A DNA stretch of 63,124 nt, the filler included, from Olpidium bornovanus S191 (taxonomy: Eukaryota; Fungi; Olpidiomycota): assembly GCA_017911155.1 (NCBI GenBank). It is 27 parts of 27 records of this genome, joined end to end, with 100 filler letters (N's around TTAATTAATTAA, not from the genome) between each part and the next. Parts side by side here need not be neighbours in the genome. Positions count along the whole stretch, not along the records: positions 35,697 to 38,378 come from JAEFCI010012470.1; positions 38,479 to 40,890 come from JAEFCI010010732.1; positions 40,991 to 44,222 come from JAEFCI010006839.1; positions 44,323 to 46,940 come from JAEFCI010001326.1; positions 47,041 to 48,112 come from JAEFCI010004672.1; positions 48,213 to 50,173 come from JAEFCI010010075.1; positions 50,274 to 52,049 come from JAEFCI010001116.1; 20 more parts are not named here. One strand, given 5' to 3'. Position numbers and translations under genes: made by a program. Positions 37,530 through 50,538 of this stretch are shown here, one piece after another (the first letter of the stretch is position 1; each line of letters starts with the position of its first letter). The notes under the pieces were generated by a model. That model saw nothing but the letters and a program-made list of their open reading frames with translations. It was not told where the DNA came from and did not search any database.

Positions 37530-38204
37530 GGTAGCTTTTTCAGAGGCACAAAATTTTGGAGCGGTGACAAAACACCAGTCAGCACCAATCAGGCCGCTTG
37601 GATAAATCCGCAGAGCGATCGAAGAAACACGTCTGGTAAACCTTCCAAACCGAACGACTAAGAAATCGGCCGAGGTGCAACAAAAGTGAGGAAAAACTTG
37701 GTTAGTAAAGCGCGCGGCGTCCCATCCCCCCTTCCCTCTCTGCACTGCTCCAAAAATGTGAGTCTGAGCCCTGCGTTTTGAAGGAAACAGCACCCGTCTG
37801 GCTAAAAAACATACGTTCGCCATGGTGGTGATATTTGATTGGTAACGGTGGCCACAGGAAACCCCGGTAATGGGCGCCCGTGGGCGCGCGCGTAGCTCCT
37901 CTGCAGAAAAGCGAATTACGGAGCCGATGCAGGTGTGCTGGTGGACCCGACCTTTTCGCGCGAGTCCTACAAGGCTCCCCCTTTTCTGACAAGCGTGCGA
38001 AATAAGCCTTTTCCAGTCCCTCAGCAAGGCCTGCGCTCCCGACGGCCGCCAAACCGCGCAGCGGGTCAGGGCGGAGTTGCCGTTTCCGTGCGAAGCTATT
38101 CTGGCGCAAGAGCCCCGTTTTCTTCCGACCGTGTCCGGCGCCTGCGGCGAGGCAAATTGCCTGAGCGTTGGCGGTTACAGCAACAACTGGCGTTTTTCTT
38201 TTTT

Positions 38205-38243
<39 letters not shown>

Positions 38244-38270
38244 CCTTCGGGGGGGGGGGGGGGGGGGGGG

Positions 38271-38346
<76 letters not shown>

Positions 38347-38502
38347 GGAGAAAAAAAAAAAAAAAAAAAAAGAGGCGANNNNNNNNNNNNNNNNNNNNNN
38401 NNNNNNNNNNNNNNNNNNNNNNTTAATTAATTAANNNNNNNNNNNNNNNNNNNNNNNNNNNNNNNNNNNNNNNNNNNNCAATAAACCAATCGTTTGGCGC
38501 AC

Positions 38503-40354
38503 CTCTACGCAAGCCTTTGAAAACTCGATCCAAGTCAGGCAGAATATTAGACTTTATGCCAGCAAACGATCGAGGATTTAGGATGTACTGGTGAACATGT
38601 CTTCTTAAGTCGGAAAAGCGCAGTACGTCCTTATGAGCCAACTTTTCGGCACGCCTTTTGATGTTGAGAAGGTCATAATTTCCTTTCAAAGCTTCGGAGG
38701 GTGTCAGGGGACCCGAATCCCTGTCGCACAACGTTGAGATCTAGCCCGAAATAATACACATTGTCAGTCATCGATACCGTATCACATGCAATAGCTGCAA
38801 GATGTCTGCTCACGATCCAAGTCCGATTGACACCGAGCTTCGCGGCGTGAGATTCTGCAGCAGCTCGGCCAGTTGGAGTGTCTTCAAACCATAATTCAAT
38901 CCGAACAAACCGCTCGAGAAGGGGAAGCACGTTCAGCGGTAGTTGGTTGAAGAGGTCTAATGCGACCGCAGGTTCTCCAGTTGCCTAATGCCACATAATG
39001 TGATGAGGTTCGTGCCAAATTAACAAAAGGCCAATAAGCCCCTCAAGATGAAAGCGCTCATCGCGTAGCCATTATTCCGACAGAATCTACACCACACCTT
39101 ATAAACAGCCATTGCATCAATTTCGCTGCCGCAAATCGTGATTTTGGCCTGGTTCAACGGTACAGTGTGCAATCCGAATAACCCAGGCGTAACGGGCTCC
39201 TTTGGAGGATCCATTATGCCAGCTTTGTCGTCGTTAAGCCCGCCATGTTCATACGGAAGCAGCCGTAGGCGAACGACCTGTGGATCTCCCCCTTCATCGG
39301 GGGCGATGCCTGTCCTCGGGAATGTGATGTATGACCGCGAGGAATTCAGTCGTTTAGGATCTGGGTTGATCTGAGGCTTGGCAGGAAGCGCTGGGTATCC
39401 GACGCCTTCATTTTCAGGAGAGTATGTCTCCATTGGCATAGCTTCGCTGTCAGCCTTTCGGTTGGCGTGAGGCCCAGCAGGCCATGTGACGTACCCGACG
39501 CCGTATTTCTTTAAGGTTTCGCGAGGTACCCCCATTAATTTTTCAATCCCTTTTATCATTTCTTCTGGGAGGGCCTGCAGGTTTCTCGAATAGTTCTGCA
39601 CGTTGGCGTACGCGTCGCGGAAGTTGTTGATTTCGCCTTGCGCGACCAGCCTCGCCTGCTGGGCCGCAGGACTCACGGCAGCGGCACGGTTCGCGAAGCA
39701 GGCCCAGCCTCCTCGCAACTTGCACTCTGTGCAATAAAAACTTCCGTCCTCCCGCGAGAGGCGCCCTGTCGCCAACAGATTTTTCTCCTGGTGACTCTCC
39801 GGGCACTTGACACAAAGCTCGTTATTCGTATACCTGGATTGGACATGGTACCAGCAGTTGCGGCGGAGGAACGCTGCGATCTCAAGCTCGCTTGGAATGT
39901 GGCCATTCGGGTAGTACTCTCTGACCAAAGCGGGCGGCGGCACCGACGCTGGGCTCAAAGAAGAATGGGGCGCTTCCTTCGAAGAAGCTTGGCGTTCCCC
40001 TTCGTTCCGTGTTTGCAGATTCAGGCGACTCGGAGATGGCTGAGGACGGTCGGCCAACGCCCGCGGGGGCGAGAACGGAACAGAAAGCGAAACGCCGCTC
40101 AGATGATCGTTCGCCTGTAAGCGGTCGTAAGGAGCAGCTATTGTCGCCTGACTGCGTCGCGGACTGTTCGCAGCCCCCGGTTCGCGTGTCCGGCCGCTCG
40201 CGGGTTCCTGGTGCCACCAGCGGGGCGCCGAGGAGACCGGCAGCGCCGGGGTACCGGAGTTGAGGACGCGCTTTGCGCGCGACAAGGCGCAGCACCGAGC
40301 GAACCGGCTGCCCGCCGCCGCCCGGCGGCTGACGACGTCGATAAGGCGCGACAT
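38503..40354 (-). CDS. TWNK: Twinkle (T7 gp4-like) mitochondrial primase-helicase, 3' truncated before the helicase Walker A
   Basis: Arg/Ser-rich presequence-like start (MSRLIDVVSRRAAAGSRF), ZBD LCVKCP...FYCTEC, TLKKYGVG, YITFP and GLFGLHTVP...ICGSEIDAMAVYK | intron 39097-38985 | ATGEPAVALDLFNQLPLNVLPLLERFVRIELWFEDTPTGRAAAESHAAKLGVNRTWIV. The linker follows as SEALKGNYDL...FSDLRRHV...LDRVFKGLRRG. Confidence 0.88.
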
Positions 40355-41047
40355 CGCGCTGCCGACGAGAGTGACGGGTTTGGGGGGGCGGGGTTGAGCT
40401 ACCCGCCCACTCGCGGGCGCGGAGAGGAAGTTTGTCCCGGAAGGCGGGAAATTCGGACCGCCCAATTTCTTCGCGCACACGCCATCGCGCACCATTTACA
40501 CGTTTCATCAGCTTTTTCCGAATGAGGAAGCAGCACGGGCAGCGTGCGAAACCCCAGGCGCGTAATGTGCCAGAGGCAGCGCACGCCCACGGGCTGCAAA
40601 ATCCCCCTGCCCTGCGCGGCGGTTGGGGGAAAAGAGGCCCTGGGAATTTGCTGCGCCTCGCTGTGTTTGGCCGCGGCGGCAGGCTTTCCTCGCAAGCACC
40701 CGGCTGGCCACTAATAGGACGCGTGCGTGGTCGAAAACGCCTCCCGCGTCGGCGCCGAGGGTCGGCCCCGCCTGTGCTGAAGCCGCTTTATTCTGAATCG
40801 GATGAACGCTGGGCCATCTTTGCCAAATTTGAGCACCTGCAGATGTTTCGTTTGCCTTGAAGCGGACGGAAACCGCAACGCTGGTCCATGNNNNNNNNNN
40901 NNNNNNNNNNNNNNNNNNNNNNNNNNNNNNNNNNTTAATTAATTAANNNNNNNNNNNNNNNNNNNNNNNNNNNNNNNNNNNNNNNNNNNNAACGCGTCCG
41001 CAAGTTAGATAGCCAGCAACCGCGAGGTGAGACACACGCTTCCTTAC

Positions 41048-42399
41048 TTTCTTATGAGCAATCGCCTCAATGATTTTCTCGTCTCTTTCCCGCTTGGCAG
41101 AGCGGAGCATGCGACAATAGTTTTTTATACCAAACTCCGTCGCGTCTTGGTTGAGTTTCGTCTGAGCTGCTTCCGTTAAATCGTCCACGTATTCCAGGAT
41201 GTCGGTTTGTGCTGCGCAATCAGAGATAACTTGGAGCCCACGCGTCGAAACAGATGGCACGAGGACCCCATAAAAACAAAAAAAGGATATCACGCAGGAG
41301 GTCGTCCTCGTCTAACAGGCCCTTGCGAAACGCGTGCCCAGCTTCCACCCCACTTTAGATGCGTCGTGTTACCGGGTTTGGCGTCGAGGAAATTTCCGAG
41401 TTTTGCAAGCGCCGCAAACCGTTCTCCGCAGCGGATATTTACCCTGAGCTCCAATTATTTTGCGCGGTTTTGTTAGCAACCATAGCGTCCATCTCCTTCT
41501 GGTGCTTCAAAAGGTCAGTCCATTCCTCGTCGATCTGCTGCAGGCAGTCTTCCTCTTCGACTGGGGCAAGATGCGCGAAGCGTGTAAGCCAATCGGTCGT
41601 TGACCTGGCAAACCCGGGTCGTCCTGCGGTCACACCTTCCAAGCGTTCGTTTTCGACAAGATCTCGGTACCGCTCGAACTGAAGCTCTTGTTCGAGGTCC
41701 GGCTCATCGGCATCCGGTTCGGCTTCCCGCGAGAGCGGGAGGATGTCGAGCAGATTTCGGCCGTCGAAACGGTCCACTCTTGTTTCAGTGTCGCCCTGCC
41801 ACGGCATGCTGACAGACAAATCCGGAAACCATGAAATTTCTTCAACGCCTAAACAACACTCCAATACCACTTTGTTGCGATATGGTGTGCGTCGTTGCTC
41901 ACCGACCGCTTCCACTCACAGGTTGGAGGGATCTTCGTGGAAGTAGTGCTGTTTCGGCCGAGAGCGTATGTATTAGTTGTCGCTTTTGGACGGCTTTCGC
42001 GTTTCACGTGCGAGAACGTTCCGCATTGTACCAACTGTTCAACTCCCATCCCACCACCACCACCACCAACGGACCGACCTGTTCGGCGTCCAAGTAGGTC
42101 TTGCAAGTCATCCCAGTGATGCGGAGGAACTGGACAGGGTCACTCATCTTCGACACAGAAAACGACGCGACGGCAAAATGCAACAAATTAGCCGGCGCGT
42201 TCCGGCCACCTGCAAAAGTGCGGCACCCCGCATTCTGCGCGCCCGCGAGCCGAAAGCCGAGGGGGCCATCCGGGGGTGTCGCGCATAGCCTTTGCCGCAC
42301 CTTCTTTTCGAGGTCGGCCTTCCTCGCCTCTGCCCTGGCCTTTGCTCTGTCCATGGCCTTTTCCAGTTTCTTCCCCTGGCGGCGGGCTGCCCTCCACAT
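41048..42399 (-). CDS. CLASRP: CLK4-associating SR-rich protein (CLASRP/SFRS16, SWAP-like DRY_EERY domain), 3' truncated
   Basis: MWRAARRQGKKLEKAMDRAKARAEARK | MSDPVQFLRITGMTCK | MPWQGDTETRVDRFDGRNLLD...ELQFERYRDLV...KLNQDATEFGIKNY. This parallels CLASRP MWHEARK...DPAQFLQVHG..MPWQGD...IDRFD.R..LD...YERYR. Confidence 0.85.
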
Positions 42400-43690
42400 G
42401 GCGACGACGACGCCCTCAACGGGGTTCCCCGGTCGGTGATGTGGGAGGTCGGAAGGTGGGGGCGGGGAACGGGGGACCTGAGCCGACGAGGAAAGAGTGG
42501 GAGACCGAACGTCCGACAGCGGAAGTCGAGCCGACGCGAGGCTATAAGTCCGCCCGCGGGGAGCCCAGGGGTGGCGGAGAGAGGGGTAAAAGAGCGGGGA
42601 AAATCCGCGCGCAGACGCGGGGGTCTGCTGGGGGTGAGTTAACTGGACCCCGGACGCGGGCGGGGGAGGAAGCAGGGGGGGGGGCGTTTTGCCCAGGGGA
42701 GCTTGCGCCCGTTCGGACCCCGTTCGGCAGCATTCAGAAACCCACTTTTTGTTCGAGTTCGGTGCCCGGAAGGCACGGGCATAAACAAACAATTGCTGAG
42801 AACAACGTGAAACATCGTCGGCACATTCAAGTCACCGCGACGCGGTCGCCTTTGAAGAGCGCACTTCCGTCACTGACGGCAAAAGAAGAGAGAATGTTCT
42901 GTTTCTGGTACAGTGCATCGTCCCGTGCCGGCGCCAACCGGAGGAACCGCCAGGTGTGGCCTGGTCATCGGTATGCTACGAAGTTGTCCGGGGTAAAAGT
43001 TGTCTTGCCCCAGATGCAACTGTCCCGAAGGTGCAGCAAGCAGACCCGCCGGCTTAGATCATGAGGCGGACTCAAAGGTGTTGGCTGGCTTCCTGACAAA
43101 AGTACAGAATATTTTACATCGGGCATCTTAAGCGCTTAGATTGCGGTTGATTTTCCATTTTGGTGAGGCCACTGCTTCTTCATCATCCACTAGTCCCCCC
43201 CTGTAGCGCTAGACGAAAACTCCGCCTATGGAAAAAAAAAAAAAAAAAAAAAAAAAACGAAGGCCCACGATGCGAAGATCAAAACGGGATAAAAAGCAGA
43301 GAAATTTTTGCTCGATTGCTCTTACGGAACTAGCCTCTGCTTTGTCCGTCCAGTATATTTTATATGTGGAGCAGCTAGCCCATTTATGGCTTTGAAGGCC
43401 TGCCGGGAAACGGGGTTTTCCTTTTCGCGCTTGTCCTGCGCCCCACTTTCTCCGACGCCCGATCTCATACGGCGGAAAAGGAGGAACATAAATTTCCAAG
43501 ACTAAACTCCATATCCTCCGTGGTCGCGCCAAATTATCGTTTTTTTTTTTTTCTTTGCCTCCCTTGGAATCCTTTCTCCGGAGTGACCCTTTCGATGCCG
43601 TACCGATCTTAAACTTCGCACACTCCGAGCATCGTCAACCTCGCAAGCATCGTTGTCTCCAAGTGTTTGATGATTACGTCCGCGGGACTT

Positions 43691-43750
43691 TCGGCAGATG
43701 CGGCCCATTCGACAATGGTATCGGCAGGGGCGGCCCATTCGACAATGGTA
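43691..43750. repeat. 30-bp tandem duplication
   Basis: TCGGCAG(AT/GG)GCGGCCCATTCGACAATGGTA twice, 28/30 identical. Confidence 0.9.
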
Positions 43751-45073
43751 GCGTTATCTGCAACGCGTTAACGGATATGGTGGTACCGGGTGTTAATAAG
43801 TTTCGACCTCTTCGACGTCGTGAAGTCCTTTGTCCAGCTCTAAGGCGCTGTTGTTGTTTATGTGCAGCTTCGTTGCCTACCTGATGGCGAATTCCATGTT
43901 TTACTTGTTACAATAGGCGGTCATCGATCCTTGCCTCGCCGCGGTCAATCGTTTGACAGAGGTCTTCGCACTCGCGTCTCAAGCGGCCTTCGCGATCACA
44001 CCACATACAGACGCGCGCCTGACGCGAATGCGGTCGAGGCTCCCTTGCGGCGCGGGCTCCCCCCGCCGCGGGTGCCGCCGCCGCCGGCGGCTTGAGCGGT
44101 TATCGCTGAACTTCATTGCGGCGCTGGAGCGAATGCACCAGACAAACACGCAGGTCTCCTGCCTTTTCCCTTCGGTTTCGGTGCTGTTTCGCCCGGCATC
44201 CGGCGTCCCGCCGGTTGCCATGNNNNNNNNNNNNNNNNNNNNNNNNNNNNNNNNNNNNNNNNNNNNTTAATTAATTAANNNNNNNNNNNNNNNNNNNNNN
44301 NNNNNNNNNNNNNNNNNNNNNNCATGTTCTGCAGGATTTCAATTAAATCTTCCCATTCTTCTGCTGGACCTTTGCAAGTCACAACCATCGGTCACAAGAA
44401 GAAAAGTTTTAGCCGCCGATTCAATTTTTTCTTTCGCTTTAAAAAAGGCTGGGCACGGCACTTTCCGCAAAGAACGTCGAAAATCCGGCACCTTTTCGCC
44501 CTCTTCGGTCTGCATAGGGTCAGTATCGTGGCAGAAGAATTTTTCTTTTCTAGTTTCTTTTTCTCGTCCTAATCACATCGGCAGTCAAACGGTCATCGGT
44601 AAAATGTTTATCAAGTCCGTACGCACCTCGTACACTACTCACCACTTCTATGGGCTCCGCTCTACCTGACTTCTCATTTTTTTTCGCCCTTGCCTTGGCT
44701 TTGGCTGTGGTTGAAAGAACCGCGGTGGCAACCTATACAAAAGGGAGGCAATACCAAAGGCTTGTGAATTTTGAGACAGTCCGAAAAAGAACGCAAAACC
44801 AAAAACGAGGTTGTCCGCTCCATGCCTTCTCAATAATATTGGCGCTTGGCAGTTTCGTCTCGGCAGGGTAGGCAAACAGCGACGCCACCACCCTCCTCCC
44901 CACGCCCAACTTCCGCGGACGGAACCGAGAATGTCCTGAACTCTGCGCAGACAGACCGCCTTTCCCGCAACCTCCCCGAAAAAACCAAAAAAAAGAAAAG
45001 AAAAACGCCCGGCACGGCGGACGAACCGGGGTCAGCGCCATGACGGCTGCGTATCTCTGTCTCTCTCTCTCTG

Positions 45074-45106
<33 letters not shown>

Positions 45107-45349
45107 GCTCTCTCTCTCTCTCTGCTCTCTCTCTCGTCTCTCTCTCTCTCACTTTTTCTCTCTCCGCTTTCAATCTCTCTCTCTGCTTTCTCTCTCGCCC
45201 TCTGTGCTCTCTTCGAGTGCGGAGCGTAGGGGAAGCGGCGGGGGCACCCCCCAAAAAAAAAAAAAAAAAAAAATTCCCGGGGAAGAAGGGTTGTAAAATT
45301 CCGGGAGTCGTTTCCCTCCCACCTCTTATTCCGAAATCGCGGACGAAAA

Positions 45350-45382
<33 letters not shown>

Positions 45383-47715
45383 AAGGGCCCCCCCCCCCCC
45401 CCCCCCCTCACTCCCCATGCTGTGCTGTCCGGCGGCGCGCGGATCTATCGGAAGGGGCAGCGTTTCCGCGCGCGACGAACTCTTTTGCGAATCCGCTCTG
45501 CCGGGGCGGCGGAGAGCACGCGAAACAGTTCATCGGCCGCCGTCTCGGAAACAAAAAACAAAAAAAAAAAAAAAACTCCCGAACACGCCGGGGAAAGAAC
45601 AGGAGACGCCGCGGGGGTGGGGGGAAGGGGGGGGGGGTGTGGGGGACTCTGAGGCTTTGTTTTCGCCTCGGAACGGAATGCTTGCGGCAGGCGGGTCGCA
45701 TCAACGACTCAACGGCGAGTCACGCCGTGCCGCCGAGCCGCTACCCAAAAAAAAAAAAAAAAAAAAAATCACCGAGAGAGAGAGAGAGAGAGCGAGCGTG
45801 GAGGAGCGGAGCTTTACGCCATTGCAGGCAGCAGCGGCAGCGCTGCTCTGCCTTGTGGTTGGTCGTTTTAGGTTCGGACCGGCCTTGGTAAAAAAAAAAA
45901 AAAGGTTTCATGGTTGACAAGGCCGAGAGCGAGAGGAGTGCGGCAGCAAGTCACCGACAGAGAGAGAGAGCAAAAGGTTTTTTTTTGGCCTTTGGGCTCA
46001 TTAACCTATTGTGGGTCGAACGATGGTGGACAGCATGAGGAAGAGCACCTTTTGAGGGTGTCTGTTTTGTTCTGGACGCGGGAGAGAGAGGGGGGGGGGG
46101 GGGGAGGGGGAGCGGTTCTATCGCGTGGTTGTTGGTTGCCATATACGACACACAGATGTCTCACATTTCCGCATCGTTGGTCACTAAGTTTCTTTTGTTT
46201 TCGCCACATATTTGAAGGAGCAAGAGAGAGCACGAAAAGCCGGGGCATTCTGACGACATCAGAAACTTATCGGCTCCCGGAGTCCGCGCCCGGAGAACCC
46301 GGCGAAAAGCTTTCGCGGGCTTAGCATCAAAGTAATTGGTAGAAAGCTCCTCCGTACTTTTAGGATCAGGGGGGACCCCGGGAGCCGAAGCTGTTCGAAA
46401 AAATCGACGCGGAGGAGGGGAGGGGGGGGGGGGGGAAGGGGGGGGGGGGGGGCGCTTCTTGCGGAAAATCTGGCAGGGCGACCGGCCGCGCGCCCCCCGG
46501 AAAGAAGCGCGAGGGCACCTGCGCAAACCGATCTCCTCGACTGTTCTGCGCGGTCGGTGGAACCCCCCTCCGTTACGCGGTTCGAGTGGTTTGATCAGCA
46601 GTCGACTTTATTTTATTATCATTATTAACTTTTTTTTTTTTTTTTTTTTTTTGCTTTGCCCTCCCCCCACCCCCCAAACTCGGGTCCTCCGCTCCCTGCG
46701 GCTTCCCCTGCGCGCACTTTGTTTGGTCGGTTTTTTTTTCCCGTGCGCACTCTCGACTTCAGAATTTCCCCCCGGGGTGGAAGGGAGGGAGTGGCCGGTG
46801 TCAGGAACAAAAGGGGAGGCATGGCAAACGCTCGGGCCTCGAGGCGGGCTTTTCCGCCCTTCAAAATAAAGAAGCTGTGGAACCGCCGCATAGATTTTTA
46901 TAGACTGGACAGACACGGCACGGCTGTTCCCCGCCTTTGGNNNNNNNNNNNNNNNNNNNNNNNNNNNNNNNNNNNNNNNNNNNNTTAATTAATTAANNNN
47001 NNNNNNNNNNNNNNNNNNNNNNNNNNNNNNNNNNNNNNNNGGCAAAGGCCTCTAAGACTGGAGACTGACCCGGAGATCCGGAGAACGACAGACACGGAGA
47101 CGACCTATGGCTCTCCACGGCCAAAATGAGGAGAAGCACTCCGAAGAGCACCACCCTCGACTAGAGTGAAAGGGTAACTTCCCAGCGCACTGGGTAGCGC
47201 CGGACCGCCAGCTACCTCTACCGTCGACGGGAAACGAAATGAAACGCAGAAAAATGCACATCTCTAACTCGGAGAAAAGTCACCCAGAGAAACGAGTCTG
47301 GACGTGGTTGCGGATGTATGAGAGGTCTGCACGGGCTGTACGTGAGAGGCGGTAGAGAGTTCGGTGTGGTTGGTGGTTGGTTCGCCGCGGAGGCGGAAGA
47401 GGAGGAAAGAACCGCGAGGGGAGGAGAGGAAGATCCGGTTACCGGAGTTCATGTTTTTTCGTCGTGGTGGTGGTTGGGGAAGGGGGGGGGGGGGCTTCCA
47501 GGCCGCGAGAGCGTAAAATGTCCTTCTTTTTCCTGTTCGGCGAGACCGGCGGAGAGTCCGAAGGCGACGAGTAACAAGCTTGGTGCGCGTGCCACGTGCA
47601 TGTCACGTACACCAAGCTAGTTCAGCCCGTCCGCAGACGGGAAGAAACCAAAAGGGTGCATAAACCGGACCGCACCGACCCCCATCCGCCTTGGAGAAAC
47701 CGCCGGAAGCACGCA

Positions 47716-48111
47716 ATGGCGTCCCCCTCCGAAGACATGCCGAGGCGCCCAGCCCAGCAAACTCCGATGCTTACTCCTGAGCAAGTATCCAAAGCCGTAT
47801 CCGATGTCCTTCGCGACAAGACCATCCCAGCCGGCAAGAAGTTCACTGAGGTCAAGCGTCACGTTCCTCTCCTCAGCCTTCACGCGTTTCAAAAAAACAT
47901 CAACAAAGCCGATTTGCCGTGTTGAATTAAGTCGCTGGGAACAAGGACTTTCCGCTGAGCAAGGTCTGTCTTCAAAATTCAATGGTCTTAACATGCTGGG
48001 AATGTGTACTGCCCAGAAAATTGGCCCGTGTCAGCAGGCCTTTAGATTTTCGCAAAGGGCCGGCTCTGCAAGGTACTCCGTGAAGCTAGTGGATACCCTT
48101 AGGGAGGTGCG
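47716..48111 (+). CDS. Hypothetical protein fragment
   Basis: MASPSEDMPRRPAQQTPMLTPEQVSKAVSDVLRDK... looks coding, but the frame changes near 47900; no family recognised. Confidence 0.25.
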
Positions 48112-50538
48112 ANNNNNNNNNNNNNNNNNNNNNNNNNNNNNNNNNNNNNNNNNNNNTTAATTAATTAANNNNNNNNNNNNNNNNNNNNNNNNNNNNNNNN
48201 NNNNNNNNNNNNCATGTTGGTCACTCTCGGGTGCACCCGGGGCAGGTGAACGCGTATTAACATGCGTCCCCTTCGGCCAGTGTTCGCAGTCCGGTCGCTG
48301 ACGGTAATTTCTTTGATAGGACCCACCAGGCTGTGCCGGTGGGCGCGCCAGCAGTCCTGCTTCCCTTCTGCGTGACGGCCCTTTCGTCGACGCGGGAATG
48401 GCAGCGATCGCCAGATGCAGCCAAGACAGCAGAGTTAGGGCCGTTGTCCGTGAGTCCCTCGTCATTGTGGATAGGTTCTTGCTTCATTGAAGTCTTTGAT
48501 GCCTTTGGAGTGTCGCCGGGAAAAGTTCCAGGCGCACGAGCACCTGGGGGGTCTCAGTGTCACTGGTGACGCCAAGATGTTTAAGACGATACAACACGTT
48601 GGGGTTAACGTCAACGTTGCTGTCTGGTTGTGTGGGAACTTGTGTGACTTCCAGAACAGGTTGGGGTCTCCCGTGGTTCCGTAACCTGCTTTTGGACCTT
48701 GTGGCTGTGGCCATGGCGGGTGGCACGGCGGGGATTGCGCGCGGCGGTGATTGCGCGGCGACGGCGGGTGCGCGGCGGAGGTGCGAAGCCGGCGGAAGGC
48801 GGTGCTGGCACGCGACGGCGGAGGGCGCGGCGACGGTGCGCGGCGACGGCGACTGCGCGGTGACGGTGCGCGACGGAGGGGCGTGTGACGCAAAAGGCGG
48901 CTCGGCGATGGAGCGCGCGGCGAGCGGAAAAAAAAAAGGCGATGGTGCTCGAAAGATGCGGCGCGCGCGGATGGCGGCGCGGCGGCGACTGTGCGGCAAC
49001 GAGTGCGGCGGCCCGTGCGTGGCGCGGCGGGCGATAGAAAGCGCGCGGCAACGAGCGCAGCGGCTCGTGCGTGGCGCGGTGGTCGTCGGGAAAGAATGCC
49101 GTCAGTGGGCGGACGGCACGCGCGCGGAAGGCGGCGATGGGGGGTGCGCGGCAACGAGCGTAGCTGCTTGTGCGTGACACGGCGGAGACGTCGGGTGAAG
49201 CTTTCCTTCCTTCGCGTGGGTGACGGCGGAAGGGCCGGTGACGGCGGTGGAAGGGAGGCGCGGCAGGGGCGCGACGGCGGTGGCGACAGCGGGCGGGAGG
49301 GCTCGCTGCGGCACGTCGAAGGCGGTCAGAGGAGTCGCCTTGGGCTCATAACCCTTTGCGTTTGTCTTTGCCGTAATGTGTATTTCGCCCGTGAAGGGAA
49401 GGGGAGAGAGAGAGACGGGGTGCAGGAGGTACAACAACCACTACTACTGCTATAATTGATGTCAATCGTCTGGTCTCCCGTGGTCTCGGTCCTCCCGACG
49501 TTCCCGGCTACCATCGATTCACCGCGGAATTCCGTGCTCGTTGCCTTTCGAGCTTGTGCAGACGGCTTCCTTCCAGAGATACGTTGATGACCAGCCATTG
49601 TTCGATGGGGGTCTTCGAGGTAATGGTTTGGCCACCTGATTTTTGGAGCTTCTGCATCTGTCCGCATGGATTTCCTGCTTCAAAGGGTTTTCCATGACTC
49701 ATCATTGTCTTCTCATGTCCGGGTGTTTTTTTTCCCTCTTTTGACTTTGTTTTTCAGCTTTGCTGTGCTCGTCGTCCAGGTGTCGTTCGTCATCCAGTCC
49801 ATCGTCGATGAGTTTCTCTTCTTGTTGTTATGGTTCTTGCTTTCGTCGTCGAGTTTCGGACTCATAGCTTTCTCCCGCTACTACGGTTTTTTCTCCCGGG
49901 CAAAAAGCAGATGACGGGTTTGGTACGGCTAGCGTCCCTTTTCTTTTTTTTTGCGCCTCCATTGTCCCCATCGCCTACTGCGCGGGGACGTGCGTCTCCT
50001 TGGAGGAGGGGGGATTGTTGTGAACCGTATCGATTGCACTATTGCAAATTGACATGGCATCTACATCGATTACTTTCACAATGAGTCACTCGATCGTCCC
50101 TTCAATGATTTGTTTGAAGAGGAGAGGGAGAAGCCAAACATATAACCCCCTCGCCCGGCTCCTAATTTGCTAGNNNNNNNNNNNNNNNNNNNNNNNNNNN
50201 NNNNNNNNNNNNNNNNNTTAATTAATTAANNNNNNNNNNNNNNNNNNNNNNNNNNNNNNNNNNNNNNNNNNNNCGTAAAAAAGGGCAACAACAGTTTCTA
50301 ATGTCGACGGGATTCGGGCCGGTGAGCGGGCGTGTTGCGCCGGGCGTCGTGGAGGAGCGGTAACGGGTTCCAAAAGACGGGTTCCAATGACATGAAGGGA
50401 CCCCGCGCGGTCTGCGTAGTCTCGCTGTCCCGTGAAGCGAAAAAGATTCCGCGTTGTCGAGACCTTCGACCGTGCCGTCTACTAGTCTCCGTCCGCTTTC
50501 CCCCCTCCTCCAGCCCCTCACGCGTCTGACCTTTGGAC

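Noticed and set aside
38200-38378. Poly-T/poly-G/poly-A run giving polyF/polyG/polyK ORFs (also poly-C/polyP at 3798, 14430, 22180, 32915, 52008 and 59045)
   Set aside because: Homopolymers at or near contig ends; their lengths are unreliable and may be sequencing artefacts, so they do not support real proteins or G-quadruplex claims.
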